Part shown: positions 46,401 through 55,660 of the stretch, one piece after another
Numbering within the stretch: position 1 is the stretch's first letter
Layout of the letters: each line of letters opens with the position of its first letter
From: Candidatus Micrarchaeota archaeon
GTDB taxonomy: Archaea; Micrarchaeota; Micrarchaeia; Micrarchaeales; CABMGC01
Assembly (NCBI GenBank): GCA_027319905.1
Contig: DAHVMJ010000003.1
Location: 1 to 64,000, forward strand
Length of the DNA: 64,000 nt
Reading direction: 5' to 3'
Program-made: the position numbers and the translations under genes
The notes under the pieces: generated by a model
What the model saw: the letters and a program-made list of their open reading frames with translations, nothing else
The model's database searches: none
What the model was told of the DNA's origin: nothing

Positions 46401-46583
46401 TATGACGTCCTTCATCGACTTTACCCACATCTGTCCAGGATGTAGGTCTCCGCTCACGAATGGCGGGCCGTCGAGAAAGTAGAAGCTTTTCCTCCCCCTG
46501 TTCTTTTCCCTAACCTGCTTCATTATGCCCTTTTCGCGCCAGTAGCGTAGTATCTCTTCTTCGCTCTTGATAGGGTCTAGCAC
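43449..46583 (-). CDS. ileS: Isoleucyl-tRNA synthetase
   Basis: DGPP, WTTTPWTLPAN, GTGLVHIAPGHG, SRQRYWG, DVWFDS. Confidence 0.93.
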   Translation of the reverse strand: MLDPIKSEEEILRYWREKGIMKQVREKNRGRKSFYFLDGPPFVSGDLHPGQMWVKSMKDVILRYKRLRGFDVYDRAGYDVHGLPIEKKVEANLHVGSKKDIEAKIGVEKFIESCKEFVTAYIGKMDADYERFGMSLDFSSPYLPYKNEYIEMEWWFFKEMWKKKLVYRDLRATLYCPSCGTAVSQGGMEIEYQKDEDPSVFVAFEINAKLSKPRIELGDKTFLLIWTTTPWTLPANVAAAANPKELYVRVKAGGRHLILAKGRLEAVSAVLNESLVIEAEFYGSELEGIYYFNPLESLVEQQKKLRKYHRVLLDEGLVASDEGTGLVHIAPGHGFEDYLLGKKNRMPIFSPVNEQAVYTGEAGAYAGLKVPEEANRRVLDDLASSGALAWSGTIKHSYPHCWRCDTKLLFISTKQWFINIQKVKKKLVSENRKVSWHPNEAREWEENVLVSSPDWTVSRQRYWGAPMPIWECECGEFAVVGSRSELKERATSKEAVDSLQDLHRPYIDRIALRCEKCGKEMRRVSDILDVWFDSSIAFRASLTAEQFEQLFPMDFILEAVEQLRAWFAYQLKSSVMVYRKTPFRNVVTHGMLLGADGREMHKRLGNYVPLDELLKKHTADAFRIWCTSHTPQYDLIFSDEHINEASRPIVMLYNISNLISEYSSALGYSHTKIRKPRNLENLVSEDAWIVSRFNTLLKEATEHLDGYEIHEYVNGTTDFLINDFSRVYLKTAKKRIVEGRKADAKRTMDTINYIFYNLLIMLTPVAPFATEAQYRSTYAQEDSVSLLPWPKYRESLIRKEIEVEFAMVIEATTALLNAREKAGLKLRWPIANAVLEVRDAHAQEVFEKLAPTIENYTNTKKVSVKKVEAFNREVRPVFAKIGPDFKEKAGAVADALRKENADALERAVAESGHYSLHTEKGLVDVNANHFAIVQRLESENAVVFGHGIASVDGKMSKELWEEGMVREFERRVQLARKEKQLKKADKIDVRYAASEPLALVVKKNHAKIKKDVNARELREGVAGGTDAKEFEIEDEKLNLAIEKL

Positions 46584-46659
46584 ACATGCACCAAAGCAAT
46601 AGCGTTAGCACTATACTTGCCAATATTATAAAGTTTATGTGCTATACTCGTAGGATTCG

Positions 46660-47271
46660 ATGCGACAGGCAGACATAACGACCCTCCTGAGATTACCGCT
46701 ACTCCTGATCGTGATATACACTATCGTAGCCCGCGCAAATCCGCTGATCGTGCTGTTCGCGATTGCGGTGCTTTTCATCTCCGACGCGGCTGACGGCTAC
46801 ATGGGCACGCAGCACAGGCACACGCTGCCCGATTTCACCCATTACCTGCTAGAAGAGGCGCATCTCGCAAAGAGGAGAGAGCGAAAACGCGCCCAAGCGC
46901 CAGGCTATGCGCCGTTCCTTGACATAGCAGTCGACAGGATAATAGAATACGCCTTTTGGCTGACGTTCACCTACCTGCAGATACTTCCGTGGTTCGTTGT
47001 TGTCATAATATTTGTCAGGAACACGATTGCCGACGCGCTGGTTTTCAGGAAAGGCAGGACGTTCAGCACGATGGAAAGCAGGTTCGGCAGGCTGGCGTCA
47101 TCGCACATCAGCAGGGGCGCCTACGCCATAATAAAGGCGGTAAACTTTGCCTACCTGGCCATGGTGGCTGTGGCGTCGTGGCCCATAAGCGTGGGCTATG
47201 TGGCGACAACAGTAGTGGTTGCATTTTCTTTGTTGCGCGGAGCTGCTGAAATCTCCGAAGCGCTACGCTGA
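46660..47271 (+). CDS. CDP-alcohol phosphatidyltransferase family protein
   Basis: 'SDAADG…FLDIAVDR' split signature, TM helices. Confidence 0.75.
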   Translation: MRQADITTLLRLPLLLIVIYTIVARANPLIVLFAIAVLFISDAADGYMGTQHRHTLPDFTHYLLEEAHLAKRRERKRAQAPGYAPFLDIAVDRIIEYAFWLTFTYLQILPWFVVVIIFVRNTIADALVFRKGRTFSTMESRFGRLASSHISRGAYAIIKAVNFAYLAMVAVASWPISVGYVATTVVVAFSLLRGAAEISEALR

Positions 47272-47303
47272 TACTCTAATAAACCCTCTTTCATCATACC
47301 ATC

Positions 47304-47774
47304 ATGCGATCGCAGAGCGCAGTCGAGTTCCTTACCACCTATGGCTGGGCCTTCATCATACTGATGATAGTCCTGCTTGCCCTGTTCGAGACCGGTTTCT
47401 TCAACCCAGGCACATACTCGGCGCAACAGTGCGTGCTGACCTCTGGGTTCGGCTGCCTGAACTTCTTCCTGTACTCAAACGGCCTTCTCTACGTGAACCT
47501 GCAGCAGTCGCTCAGCGCTCCAATAAATATCACTGCGCTCGGATGCAACAGCAATGCCATAATAGCCAACATGCAGGCCCCGTACAACCCGCCGAGCAAC
47601 CAGATCTTCCTGCCAATTGGCGCCAACTACACCTTCACCATCCAGTGCTACTCGGGTTCAAGCACGGTGATAGGCAACTCTACCTTCAGCGGCGCGCTCG
47701 CCGTAAACTATACCAACGACCTTACGCACCTGCCCTCAACAGCCGTCGGCAAGCTCACGGCGAAACCCACATAA
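47304..47774 (+). CDS. Type IV pilin-like protein (class III signal peptide)
   Basis: MRS|QSAVEFLTTYGWAF plus hydrophobic helix; Cys pairs. Confidence 0.8.
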   Translation: MRSQSAVEFLTTYGWAFIILMIVLLALFETGFFNPGTYSAQQCVLTSGFGCLNFFLYSNGLLYVNLQQSLSAPINITALGCNSNAIIANMQAPYNPPSNQIFLPIGANYTFTIQCYSGSSTVIGNSTFSGALAVNYTNDLTHLPSTAVGKLTAKPT

Positions 47775-47822
47775 CTTTGTTGCGCCGATTTCTCTCTCAA
47801 AACTGTGAAAACTTAATAAACT

Positions 47823-49172
47823 GTGGTTCTTCATATACTCAACACTGGTTTGATGATGGGTCCCGACGAGTTTTACAACTTCGAATACAAGATATTCGAG
47901 GAACTTGAGAGCAAGCTCGCACTGATCCCTGAGGAGGCGGACAGGAGCAGGCGCATCGAGACCATAGCAAAGACGCTCTCTCCCGCGGCGTCGCAAGAGG
48001 ACATAAGGAAGGTGACCGCCGATGCAAAAAGTTTCGGCATACTGGACAAATACCTCAACGACCAGGGCGTTGAGGATATAATGATAAACAACACGAGCAA
48101 CCTCTTCGTCTACCATTCAAGCAGCGGTTACGAGAAGGCGCCCGAGCATGTGGAGAGCAAGAAGACTCTGGACCTGCTGGTTACCAAGCTGAAGATGTAC
48201 GCGACCACCTCGGTCTCAAACCAGAAGATATTCGACGTGCACCTGCCCAACGGCTCGAGGGCTAACATAGTCGACTCGCCGATAGGCGCAGACATAACAG
48301 TGAGGAACTTCAAGAGAGGCGCGCTGAGCGTGATAGACCTGATAAACAACGGGGAGCTCAGCTACAATCTCGCCGGAAGGCTCTGGCTCTACACCGAAGG
48401 GCTCAAGATCAGACCCGCAAACCTGCTCATAGGGGGCATGCCGGCGAGCGGCAAGACGACTCTGCTTAACGCGATGTTCAGCTTCTTCAGGCCGGAGCAG
48501 AGAGTAGTCGTCATAGAGGAGACCTACGAGCTCAACACAGAGACGCAGGAGAATACGGTTAGGCTGGAGACCAGCCCCTCGCTGTCTATGGAAGAGCTGG
48601 TAAAGAACTCGCTGCGTATGAGGCCCGACCTGATAATCATAGGCGAGGTGCGAGGTGCGGAAGCAAAGGACATGCTCACAGCGATGAACATAGGCAAAAT
48701 ATCTATGGGCACGATACACGCGAGCACCGCGAGGGATGTCATTACAAGGCTTGAGCACTCGCCGATGGACATAGAGATGGACATAATACCTCTCATAGAT
48801 GCGATAGTGATAGTCTCGCAGGTGAACGAGAACAACAAGCTGGTCAGGAAGATAACCCAGGTAAGCGAGATATCAGGCATAGAGACCCAGGTGCTGCTGT
48901 CAGACCTGTACACATATGATTACAAGACCCACCGCAGCTCTGACGTGCTGCCGAGCGTCACCTACAGGGACACGCTCGCAAAGCTCACTGGCTACACGCC
49001 CACCGAGATAGTGATAGAGGAGCAGCGAAGGGGCAAGATACTCGAGAGACTCAGCAAGCTCGGCATAAACGACCTTAGGAGCATAAACTCGTTCGTCAAG
49101 GAGTACTACCAGGACCCGAAGAAGGCGCTTGCTAAGATAGACCTGCAGACCCTTGGCACGCTGCCGTGGTAG
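47823..49172 (+). CDS. Type II/IV secretion (pilus assembly) ATPase, CpaF/VirB11 family
   Basis: GMPASGKTT, IEETYEL, LRMRPD.IIIGEVRG.EA, GTIHA. Confidence 0.9.
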   Translation: MVLHILNTGLMMGPDEFYNFEYKIFEELESKLALIPEEADRSRRIETIAKTLSPAASQEDIRKVTADAKSFGILDKYLNDQGVEDIMINNTSNLFVYHSSSGYEKAPEHVESKKTLDLLVTKLKMYATTSVSNQKIFDVHLPNGSRANIVDSPIGADITVRNFKRGALSVIDLINNGELSYNLAGRLWLYTEGLKIRPANLLIGGMPASGKTTLLNAMFSFFRPEQRVVVIEETYELNTETQENTVRLETSPSLSMEELVKNSLRMRPDLIIIGEVRGAEAKDMLTAMNIGKISMGTIHASTARDVITRLEHSPMDIEMDIIPLIDAIVIVSQVNENNKLVRKITQVSEISGIETQVLLSDLYTYDYKTHRSSDVLPSVTYRDTLAKLTGYTPTEIVIEEQRRGKILERLSKLGINDLRSINSFVKEYYQDPKKALAKIDLQTLGTLPW

Positions 49173-49223
49173 ACATGTCAACTCCGCACGAAGCGTACAG
49201 GCAGAACACTGTCGCAGATTCAA

Positions 49224-49241
49224 GACGAATGCGCATTCGTC
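49224..49241. repeat. Perfect 18-bp palindrome GACGAATGCGCATTCGTC
   Basis: Equals its own reverse complement. Confidence 0.9.
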
Positions 49242-49252
49242 GCTCGGTTTCC

Positions 49253-49274
49253 AGAGAGAGAGAGAGAGAGAGAG
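49253..49274 (+). repeat. (AG)11 dinucleotide microsatellite
   Basis: Direct count; no comparable tract noticed elsewhere in the window. Confidence 0.95.
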
Positions 49275-49334
49275 GCTAAGCCGATAATTTTTCTAGAAAA
49301 AGTCCTGCCAAAAAACCCGAAAGCACAGTCGGCG

Positions 49335-50198
49335 ATGGAATACCTCATGACCTATGGATGGGCCATCTTGATTATAGCCGTAGTTCTTGGAGCCCTGTTT
49401 CAGCTCGGCGTCTTCAACGCAGGCACTTTCGCGCCTCGTGCACCACCTGGCGCGTGCCAGGTCTTCAGGCCTAACGGCCCTGGCAGCGTTCAGTTCATCA
49501 ACCTCGAGGGAGTGTGCAACGGCGAGCTGCCGCAGTATGTTGGTGTTTTTAGTGGTTCAAGCTCCTCGGACATCTCTATTCCAGATTCCGCTTCACTCAA
49601 ACCTTCTAGTATCAGCGTATTCGCGTGGGTTGAGTACCCCAGTCCATTGCCCACAGCCCTGCTTGGAGTAGTAAGCAAAGGGGCAGATGAACATCACGGG
49701 TTTCAACTTGGATGGGATTTTAGAACCGGTAGCTATTTTTGGGCAGAGATAGGTGACGGAACAGCGTCATTCTATACATGCGGGCAGCAGCCATCGCCAC
49801 TTCCAACTGCAGGCTCAATACACCAGATAGGAATGACCTATGATGGTTCTACCATGTCTGTTTATTTCGATGGAAAACTAGCGGGCAGTACTTGTTCGCC
49901 TAATGTAGCAATAGCGTGGAGTACCGACCCCTTACGCATCGATAGCATAATAGGAGGGTACTTCGGGTCCTGGCCGTTCATCGCTAATGTGCAGATTTAC
50001 AACACATCGCTTTCCGCAAACGAAGTTCAAGCTTTGTATCTAGAAGGGATTGGCGGAGCTCCGATCAGGCTGCAGAACCTTGCGGGCTGGTGGCCGCTCA
50101 ACGGAAATGCCAACGACTACAGCGGAAATAACAACAACGGTGTGCCAAACGGAGTAACGTACACGAACCAGTGGTCAAGCGGATACACGCCTCCTTGA
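49335..50198 (+). CDS. Class III signal-peptide LamG-like surface protein; leader apparently frameshifted in the (AG)n tract
   Basis: Paralog of 4587-5528; in-frame KA|QSA precedes ATG 49335 but there is no in-frame ATG/GTG/TTG upstream. Confidence 0.8.
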   Translation: MEYLMTYGWAILIIAVVLGALFQLGVFNAGTFAPRAPPGACQVFRPNGPGSVQFINLEGVCNGELPQYVGVFSGSSSSDISIPDSASLKPSSISVFAWVEYPSPLPTALLGVVSKGADEHHGFQLGWDFRTGSYFWAEIGDGTASFYTCGQQPSPLPTAGSIHQIGMTYDGSTMSVYFDGKLAGSTCSPNVAIAWSTDPLRIDSIIGGYFGSWPFIANVQIYNTSLSANEVQALYLEGIGGAPIRLQNLAGWWPLNGNANDYSGNNNNGVPNGVTYTNQWSSGYTPP

Positions 50199-50207
50199 CC
50201 AGCCTCG

Positions 50208-50720
50208 TCATCTAAGAACCTTGCCGAAGATATAGCTGTCCACGTACCTGCCGTCATCGAGCAGCAGTCCTGCCTTCTTCCTCCCTTCTATCCTGAAACC
50301 GCATCTCTTTGCCAGCTTCACGCTGGGGACGTTCTCCGCCGCCGCTTCGGCCTCTACTTTCCTGAATCCTCGCCTCCTTGCCTCTTTTATCACGGCCCTT
50401 ACGAGCTTTGTGCCTATCCCTCTTCCGGAATAGCTCTTCCTGACGCTCCACCCCATCTCGCCGCGGTGCCTTGTCCTGCCCTTCCCTGAATGAAAATCAG
50501 CTATGCCCACTATCTTATTTGTAATGCTGTCTTCAGCAACAAACAGAAAACGCCTTTTCTTGTGTTCGTCGAACTCGTCTTGGTATCTTCCGATATCCTT
50601 TTTCGTAACAGAAGTGTTTCTGCCTGTATACTTGTTAAATCCGTTCCTCATTCCCTCATTGCGCATCTCTGCCATTTTTGGGAAATCGGAGCGAACCACC
50701 GGCCTGATGACTATCGCCAT
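50208..50720 (-). CDS. GNAT acetyltransferase
   Basis: 'V…YSGRGIG', 'N.PSVKL..RCGF..EG'. Confidence 0.85.
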   Translation of the reverse strand: MAIVIRPVVRSDFPKMAEMRNEGMRNGFNKYTGRNTSVTKKDIGRYQDEFDEHKKRRFLFVAEDSITNKIVGIADFHSGKGRTRHRGEMGWSVRKSYSGRGIGTKLVRAVIKEARRRGFRKVEAEAAAENVPSVKLAKRCGFRIEGRKKAGLLLDDGRYVDSYIFGKVLR

Positions 50721-50776
50721 GGTTTACCCTGCTCTCAGAATTTATTAATTCTTTTTGTGCGATCAGAGAATTAGCG

Positions 50777-51874
50777 TTACGGCAGCCAGTCCTGGTTCTT
50801 TATCTTCTCCCTCACGTAGTCGTCCACGAAGGTGAGCTTCGGCCCCTGCAGCGCGTCCTGCTCGAGCTTGACCTTGCTCTTTATCATGCGCTCGAGCTCG
50901 TGCACCCACTCCTTGTGCTTCTTTATCCACTCGTACTGCAGCATCTCCTGCGCGCGCTTGAGGTCCACGTCGCTCGCCTTTATGGTGAGCTTCTTCAGGA
51001 AGTCGTACTTGTCGAGGTCGCTCATCGTCACTCCCAAGAACTTCGCCTCCGGCGTCGCGACGTCGTTGCCTATGTACGCGAGGTTTATGCTGCCCGTCTT
51101 TATCGTCCAGTAGATGTACCATCCCCACGCATCGGAATCGGTGAACACGTATACGGGCAGGCCCTCGTCAGCGAGCTTGCGTATCAGCCGCCGCGTGCCT
51201 CGCGCCGCCTGTCCCTGCGGCGTTATGAGTATGCAGTTCTCCTTCTTCCAGAACTTGTCCTCGTTCAGCCTCTGCCACCGCGCGTCCTTCTCGCACACGA
51301 GCACGTACCTGGCCTTTATGTCTATGAACCTTATGTCGTTGTCTACGTCGCTCGGTATGGCCCAACCGCTCCTTCCCATCCTGCTCGCGTCTATTATCTG
51401 CTTCTCATCTCCGAACGTGTCCTCAACCTTGAGATTGCCTGCGAGCACGCCCTTCCTGTTGGCGTTGAGGTTCAGCTCCTCCCTCTTCAATCCCAGCGAG
51501 ACCTCAAGATCCTCGATGAGCGGGTTGCTCTCAGCCTGCTCGCTGAATATGCTTTCGTCGACGTCCTCGCCAAGGGAGAACTTGAGCTGGTAGAAGAGGC
51601 CTCTTATCGTGGTGTGCAGGTCCTCCTCAAGGAACTTGTGGCACTTCGCTGCTATCGCGATGGTCTGCATGAACTTCCTGCTCTGCGCCACGTTGATGAA
51701 CGTCCTCTCCTCCTTGGCCGTGCCGAGTTTTAGGTAGCCTTCCTTCTTGTCGAAGACTATGTTGCTTCTGGTCCTCGCCGCAGTCACGAATTTGGGGTTC
51801 TTGCCCTCCTTGATGTCGCCCACCACCTCCTTTCCAAGCTCTTCTATCTTCTTGAGCGCCTCTTTTTGCTGCAT
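50777..51874 (-). CDS. top6A: DNA topoisomerase VI subunit A
   Basis: TIRGLFY (catalytic Tyr), CEKDA, DSDAWG TOPRIM motif. Confidence 0.92.
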   Translation of the reverse strand: MQQKEALKKIEELGKEVVGDIKEGKNPKFVTAARTRSNIVFDKKEGYLKLGTAKEERTFINVAQSRKFMQTIAIAAKCHKFLEEDLHTTIRGLFYQLKFSLGEDVDESIFSEQAESNPLIEDLEVSLGLKREELNLNANRKGVLAGNLKVEDTFGDEKQIIDASRMGRSGWAIPSDVDNDIRFIDIKARYVLVCEKDARWQRLNEDKFWKKENCILITPQGQAARGTRRLIRKLADEGLPVYVFTDSDAWGWYIYWTIKTGSINLAYIGNDVATPEAKFLGVTMSDLDKYDFLKKLTIKASDVDLKRAQEMLQYEWIKKHKEWVHELERMIKSKVKLEQDALQGPKLTFVDDYVREKIKNQDWLP

Positions 51875-51878
51875 GCGT

Positions 51879-53876
51879 TCACTTCACCGGGTGCACGCTG
51901 CCGCCTATCAGCAGCGGCGCGCGTTCCTTGTAGTCTGCGCTGAGGTAGCGTTTCAGCTCCTTTATTATCGCATTCCTTCTCCTGCTGGGCTTCAGCGAGT
52001 ATCCGAGCACGTCCGCTATGTTCCTGGCGTAGAGCAGCTTTATCTTCTTGGCCTCGCTCTTGTCAAGGTAGACGTCCTCCTTGTTGCTCTCTGGTATTAT
52101 CACGTACCGCATGCCGGCCCCTATCGCGGCCTTGACCTTCGCAGTTATGCCTCCCACTGGCAGCACCATCCCGCGTACTGAGAGCGAGCCGGTCATGGCC
52201 GTGTCCTGTCTGACTGGTATGCCTTCGAGCGCGGATATCACGCTCACCGCGACAGAGACGCTGGCGCTATCGCCTTCCACGCCCGCGTATGTCTGTATGA
52301 ACTGAACGTGTATGTCATAGCTTGCGATGTCGCGGTGCATGTGGCGCTTGATCACGGCGCTTATGTTCTTCACCGCCTCCTGCGCTATCTTGCCGAGCTT
52401 GCCCGTGGCTATGAGCTTGCCCTCAGATCTTGAGCTCGCTGGCGTTACCTCAGCAGCTATCGGAGTCACGATGCCCGTCGCGGTTACGTCGCTGCCCATT
52501 ACTGCGAGGCCGTTGACCCTGCCTATGGCGTAGCCGCTTGTGGTGAACACCTGGTAGTCCTTGGTGTAGTCCAGCGCCTGCTCAGCGTACTGCGCCTCCA
52601 CAGGCTTGGTGTAGCCGAGCGCCTCAAGAACGTCGTCGCCGCTCACGATCTTCCTTCCGTGCTCGACCGCTATGTCTCCCGCGGCCCTCACCAATCCCCC
52701 GAGGTCTCTGAGTATGAGCGTGAGCCTGTGCTTCCTGCCTGCCCTTCTCCTTGCCTCGTCCATTATCGTCATGCACGCATCATAGCTGAACGGCGGTATT
52801 CGAGTGTCCTTCGCCACCTCCTGCGCTATGAACCTGACTATCTTCTCCCTGTTCTCGTCGTTGTCCAGCATGGTCGATTCCATGTAGACCTCGTAGCCGT
52901 AACCGCGTATCCTTGACCTGAGCGCGGGGTGCATGCGCGATATGTCCTGCAGGTTGCCCGCTGCGACTAGCAGGAAGTCGCTTGGCACCGGCTCCGTCCT
53001 CACTATCGCCCCGGAGCTTAGTTCGCTCTGTCCAGTTATTGAGTACTTCTTTTCCTGCATTGCGGTCAGCAGTTCTTGCTGCGACTTGGGCTCAAGATCC
53101 GCTATCTCATCTATAAACAACACGCCCTTGTTGGCCCTGTGCACAGCCCCGCTCTCTACTCTAAGATGCGCCGGTGTGCCAAGTCCGCCACTCTGCAACG
53201 GGTCGTGCTTCACGTCGCCCAGCAGCGCTCCGGCGCGCGAGCCTGTGGCATCAACGAACGGGGCGTGGATCATGCCCGTGTTGTCGACTATCAGCTTCGG
53301 TTCGTTGGATTCGAAGAGGCCTGGGAACATGCCCGCTCTCCTGAAACTGCTCACGAAGATGAACGCGGAGGCGAAGATGAGCACGCCAAGTATCAACGCG
53401 GCAACAACTAGTATCTGATAGCCCGAGAGGAAGCTGCTCAGGGCGAACGCAAGCAGAAGAAGCACGAGCATGGCCGTTATCGGAAGAACGCTGCTTCTGG
53501 TTTGCGGCGCGTCAACCCTGCCCCGCAACTTCTCCCTTTGCACTATCTGCCTGCCCTGCCCGTCTCCCAGCTGTTTTTGCTTCTCGTCAGACTTGGGCTC
53601 CGTCTTTGGATAGGTCTTGACTGCCTTCACTAGTGGTCTGTTCTCGTCGTTGGGATTCTTGTAGACCAGCACATCCTCAAGTTCTGTCACCGGAATCAGC
53701 TCGGCCATCGCCTGCGCGAGCATCGTCTTCCCCGTTCCGGGCTGGCCGATTAGCAAAACGTTGCGGTGCTGTCTGGCCGCTTTCCTGACTATATCCACGG
53801 CCTTTTCCTGCCCTATGACCTGGTCAACGAGTTTGGTCGGCAGTTTTATTTCAGCCGTGCTGGAGAATTTTTTCAT
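51879..53876 (-). CDS. lon: Archaeal membrane-anchored Lon protease (LonB)
   Basis: GQPGTGKT, two-TM insertion, GDSAS catalytic Ser, GGITAK. Confidence 0.95.
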   Translation of the reverse strand: MKKFSSTAEIKLPTKLVDQVIGQEKAVDIVRKAARQHRNVLLIGQPGTGKTMLAQAMAELIPVTELEDVLVYKNPNDENRPLVKAVKTYPKTEPKSDEKQKQLGDGQGRQIVQREKLRGRVDAPQTRSSVLPITAMLVLLLLAFALSSFLSGYQILVVAALILGVLIFASAFIFVSSFRRAGMFPGLFESNEPKLIVDNTGMIHAPFVDATGSRAGALLGDVKHDPLQSGGLGTPAHLRVESGAVHRANKGVLFIDEIADLEPKSQQELLTAMQEKKYSITGQSELSSGAIVRTEPVPSDFLLVAAGNLQDISRMHPALRSRIRGYGYEVYMESTMLDNDENREKIVRFIAQEVAKDTRIPPFSYDACMTIMDEARRRAGRKHRLTLILRDLGGLVRAAGDIAVEHGRKIVSGDDVLEALGYTKPVEAQYAEQALDYTKDYQVFTTSGYAIGRVNGLAVMGSDVTATGIVTPIAAEVTPASSRSEGKLIATGKLGKIAQEAVKNISAVIKRHMHRDIASYDIHVQFIQTYAGVEGDSASVSVAVSVISALEGIPVRQDTAMTGSLSVRGMVLPVGGITAKVKAAIGAGMRYVIIPESNKEDVYLDKSEAKKIKLLYARNIADVLGYSLKPSRRRNAIIKELKRYLSADYKERAPLLIGGSVHPVK

Positions 53877-54233
53877 AGAATCCGTATGCTGTCTCTACTA
53901 TATTGTTTGTTAGGGTTAATATTAGTAACTTTTTGTGCAGGAAACTTTTTGTATTCGGAAAAAGAGGAATAGCGGAAGGGATTTGAAAATTGAGCATGAG
54001 GCGTTTAGAGGGTGGGGAATAACGGGTAATAATACGCTCTAAACGCTTGGTAAAAACTAATTACTCAGATATTTATATAGCTTTCTGAGTTCCGAATCCT
54101 GCAGAAACCCGATTCTTTGTTTGTCGTCGGTGCTTTATAACTCTGTTTTGGCCATTGCGCGGCATGGCGAAAAACTTCGCCCAAATTGAAGGCAAGGATT
54201 AAAAGATAACTAGCAGCAATAGCTGTGAGCACC

Positions 54234-55316
54234 ATGGACGTCGATACGAAGATTTCGGTCATAAGAAGTTTCGCCGCAGAGATAGTCACTGAAGAGGAGC
54301 TTCGCTACGTTTTCGAGACGAAAGAGCACCCGCTCGCGTACGACGGCTTCGAACCTTCGGGATTGGCAGCGATACACTTCGGTCTTCTCCGCGCCAAGAT
54401 ACTAAAGAAACTGCTGAGCACAGGCATACATTTCAACCTCTACCTTGCCGATTACTTCGCTTACCTGAACAACAAGTTGGGTGGCGATATAGACCACATA
54501 AGAACCTCTGGCAAATACTTCATCGAGGTCTGGAAAGCGGCGGGAGTCGATGTAAGCAAGGTGCATATAATCTGGAACAAGGACCTGATGCACGAGTTTT
54601 CATACTGGGAGCGCTTCCTGAAAGTGGGCAAAGCCATCTCGCTTGACAGGGTAAAGCGGGCGATAACCATAATGGGCAGAAAGGAGGGCGAGGCCGTTTC
54701 TGCAGGCCAGCTCTTCTATCCGGTCATGCAGGTGACAGATATATTTCAGATGGATGTTGACATCTGCCAGCTAGGCTTGGACCAAAGGAAGGCCAACATA
54801 CTCGCCAGAGAGGTGGCACAGAAGTACGGATGGAAGGTTCCGGTCATTGTGAGCCACCCGCTTATGCTCGGACTTGGGGGAATGCCGCCAGAGCTCAAAA
54901 CGAAGGACGAGGCTGTGCTGATGGAGTATAAGATGTCAAAGTCGGATCCTAAGAGCGGGATAAGCGTTCACGATTCCGCTGCCGCTATAAGCGAAAAGAT
55001 AAGCAAGGCCTACTGCCCAGAGCGCGTAGTCGCCGGCAACCCGATGTTCGACTACCTAGAAAAGCTCATAGTAGAAGACAAAAAGCAGCCTATATCGATC
55101 GATAGGCCTGAAAAGTTCGGTGGAAGGCTTGAGGCTAAGGACTATCAAGAGCTGGTCAAAATGTACGAGGAGGGCAGACTACATCCTGCTGATGTAAAGG
55201 GATTTGTTGCAGCTGAGCTCGAGAAGCAGGTCAGGCCTGTGCGCGAGCATTTCGAAAAGAACAAAGAAGCAAGGGAACTCTACGAACAGGTAAAAAGTTT
55301 CTCAGTAACCAGATAG
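54234..55316 (+). CDS. tyrS: Tyrosyl-tRNA synthetase (archaeal type)
   Basis: YDGFEPSG, YPVMQVTD, GLDQRK, KMSKS, LHPADVK. Confidence 0.92.
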   Translation: MDVDTKISVIRSFAAEIVTEEELRYVFETKEHPLAYDGFEPSGLAAIHFGLLRAKILKKLLSTGIHFNLYLADYFAYLNNKLGGDIDHIRTSGKYFIEVWKAAGVDVSKVHIIWNKDLMHEFSYWERFLKVGKAISLDRVKRAITIMGRKEGEAVSAGQLFYPVMQVTDIFQMDVDICQLGLDQRKANILAREVAQKYGWKVPVIVSHPLMLGLGGMPPELKTKDEAVLMEYKMSKSDPKSGISVHDSAAAISEKISKAYCPERVVAGNPMFDYLEKLIVEDKKQPISIDRPEKFGGRLEAKDYQELVKMYEEGRLHPADVKGFVAAELEKQVRPVREHFEKNKEARELYEQVKSFSVTR

Positions 55317-55321
55317 CGCCT

Positions 55322-55657
55322 TCAGCTCAGTCCTATGAGCACCGTGCCTATCGTTATCAGAAATATGCCGTCCCAGCGAAGCAGAGGCACAGCCTCGCCA
55401 AGGAAGAGGTAGGCGATTACGCTCGCAAATATGTAGCTCAGGCCCGTGAACCCGTAGGCCCAGCTGAGATGGGTGCGGCTGAGCACGTAAAAGTATGAAA
55501 CCGTGGCCACTCCGTACGCTGCCATGCCTATCGCCACAAATACCACAAGCTGGGTGAGGTCTCCGGTTACCCCCAGTTTGAAGAAGAGCTGCCCCGCAGC
55601 TCCGAGCAGCGTGCTGAACAAGAGAAGAAAAACGAACGCCAGCTTGCCCTGTTTCAT
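55322..55657 (-). CDS. Small 4-TM DMT/SMR-like (ArnE/F-like) protein
   Basis: GQLFFKLG, LSWAY, FLGE. Confidence 0.75.
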   Translation of the reverse strand: MKQGKLAFVFLLLFSTLLGAAGQLFFKLGVTGDLTQLVVFVAIGMAAYGVATVSYFYVLSRTHLSWAYGFTGLSYIFASVIAYLFLGEAVPLLRWDGIFLITIGTVLIGLS

Positions 55658-55660
55658 TCT

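Noticed and set aside
50777..51874. Orphan Spo11-like gene (no top6B adjacent)
   Set aside because: Ordinary Top6A motifs; top6B may simply lie outside the window
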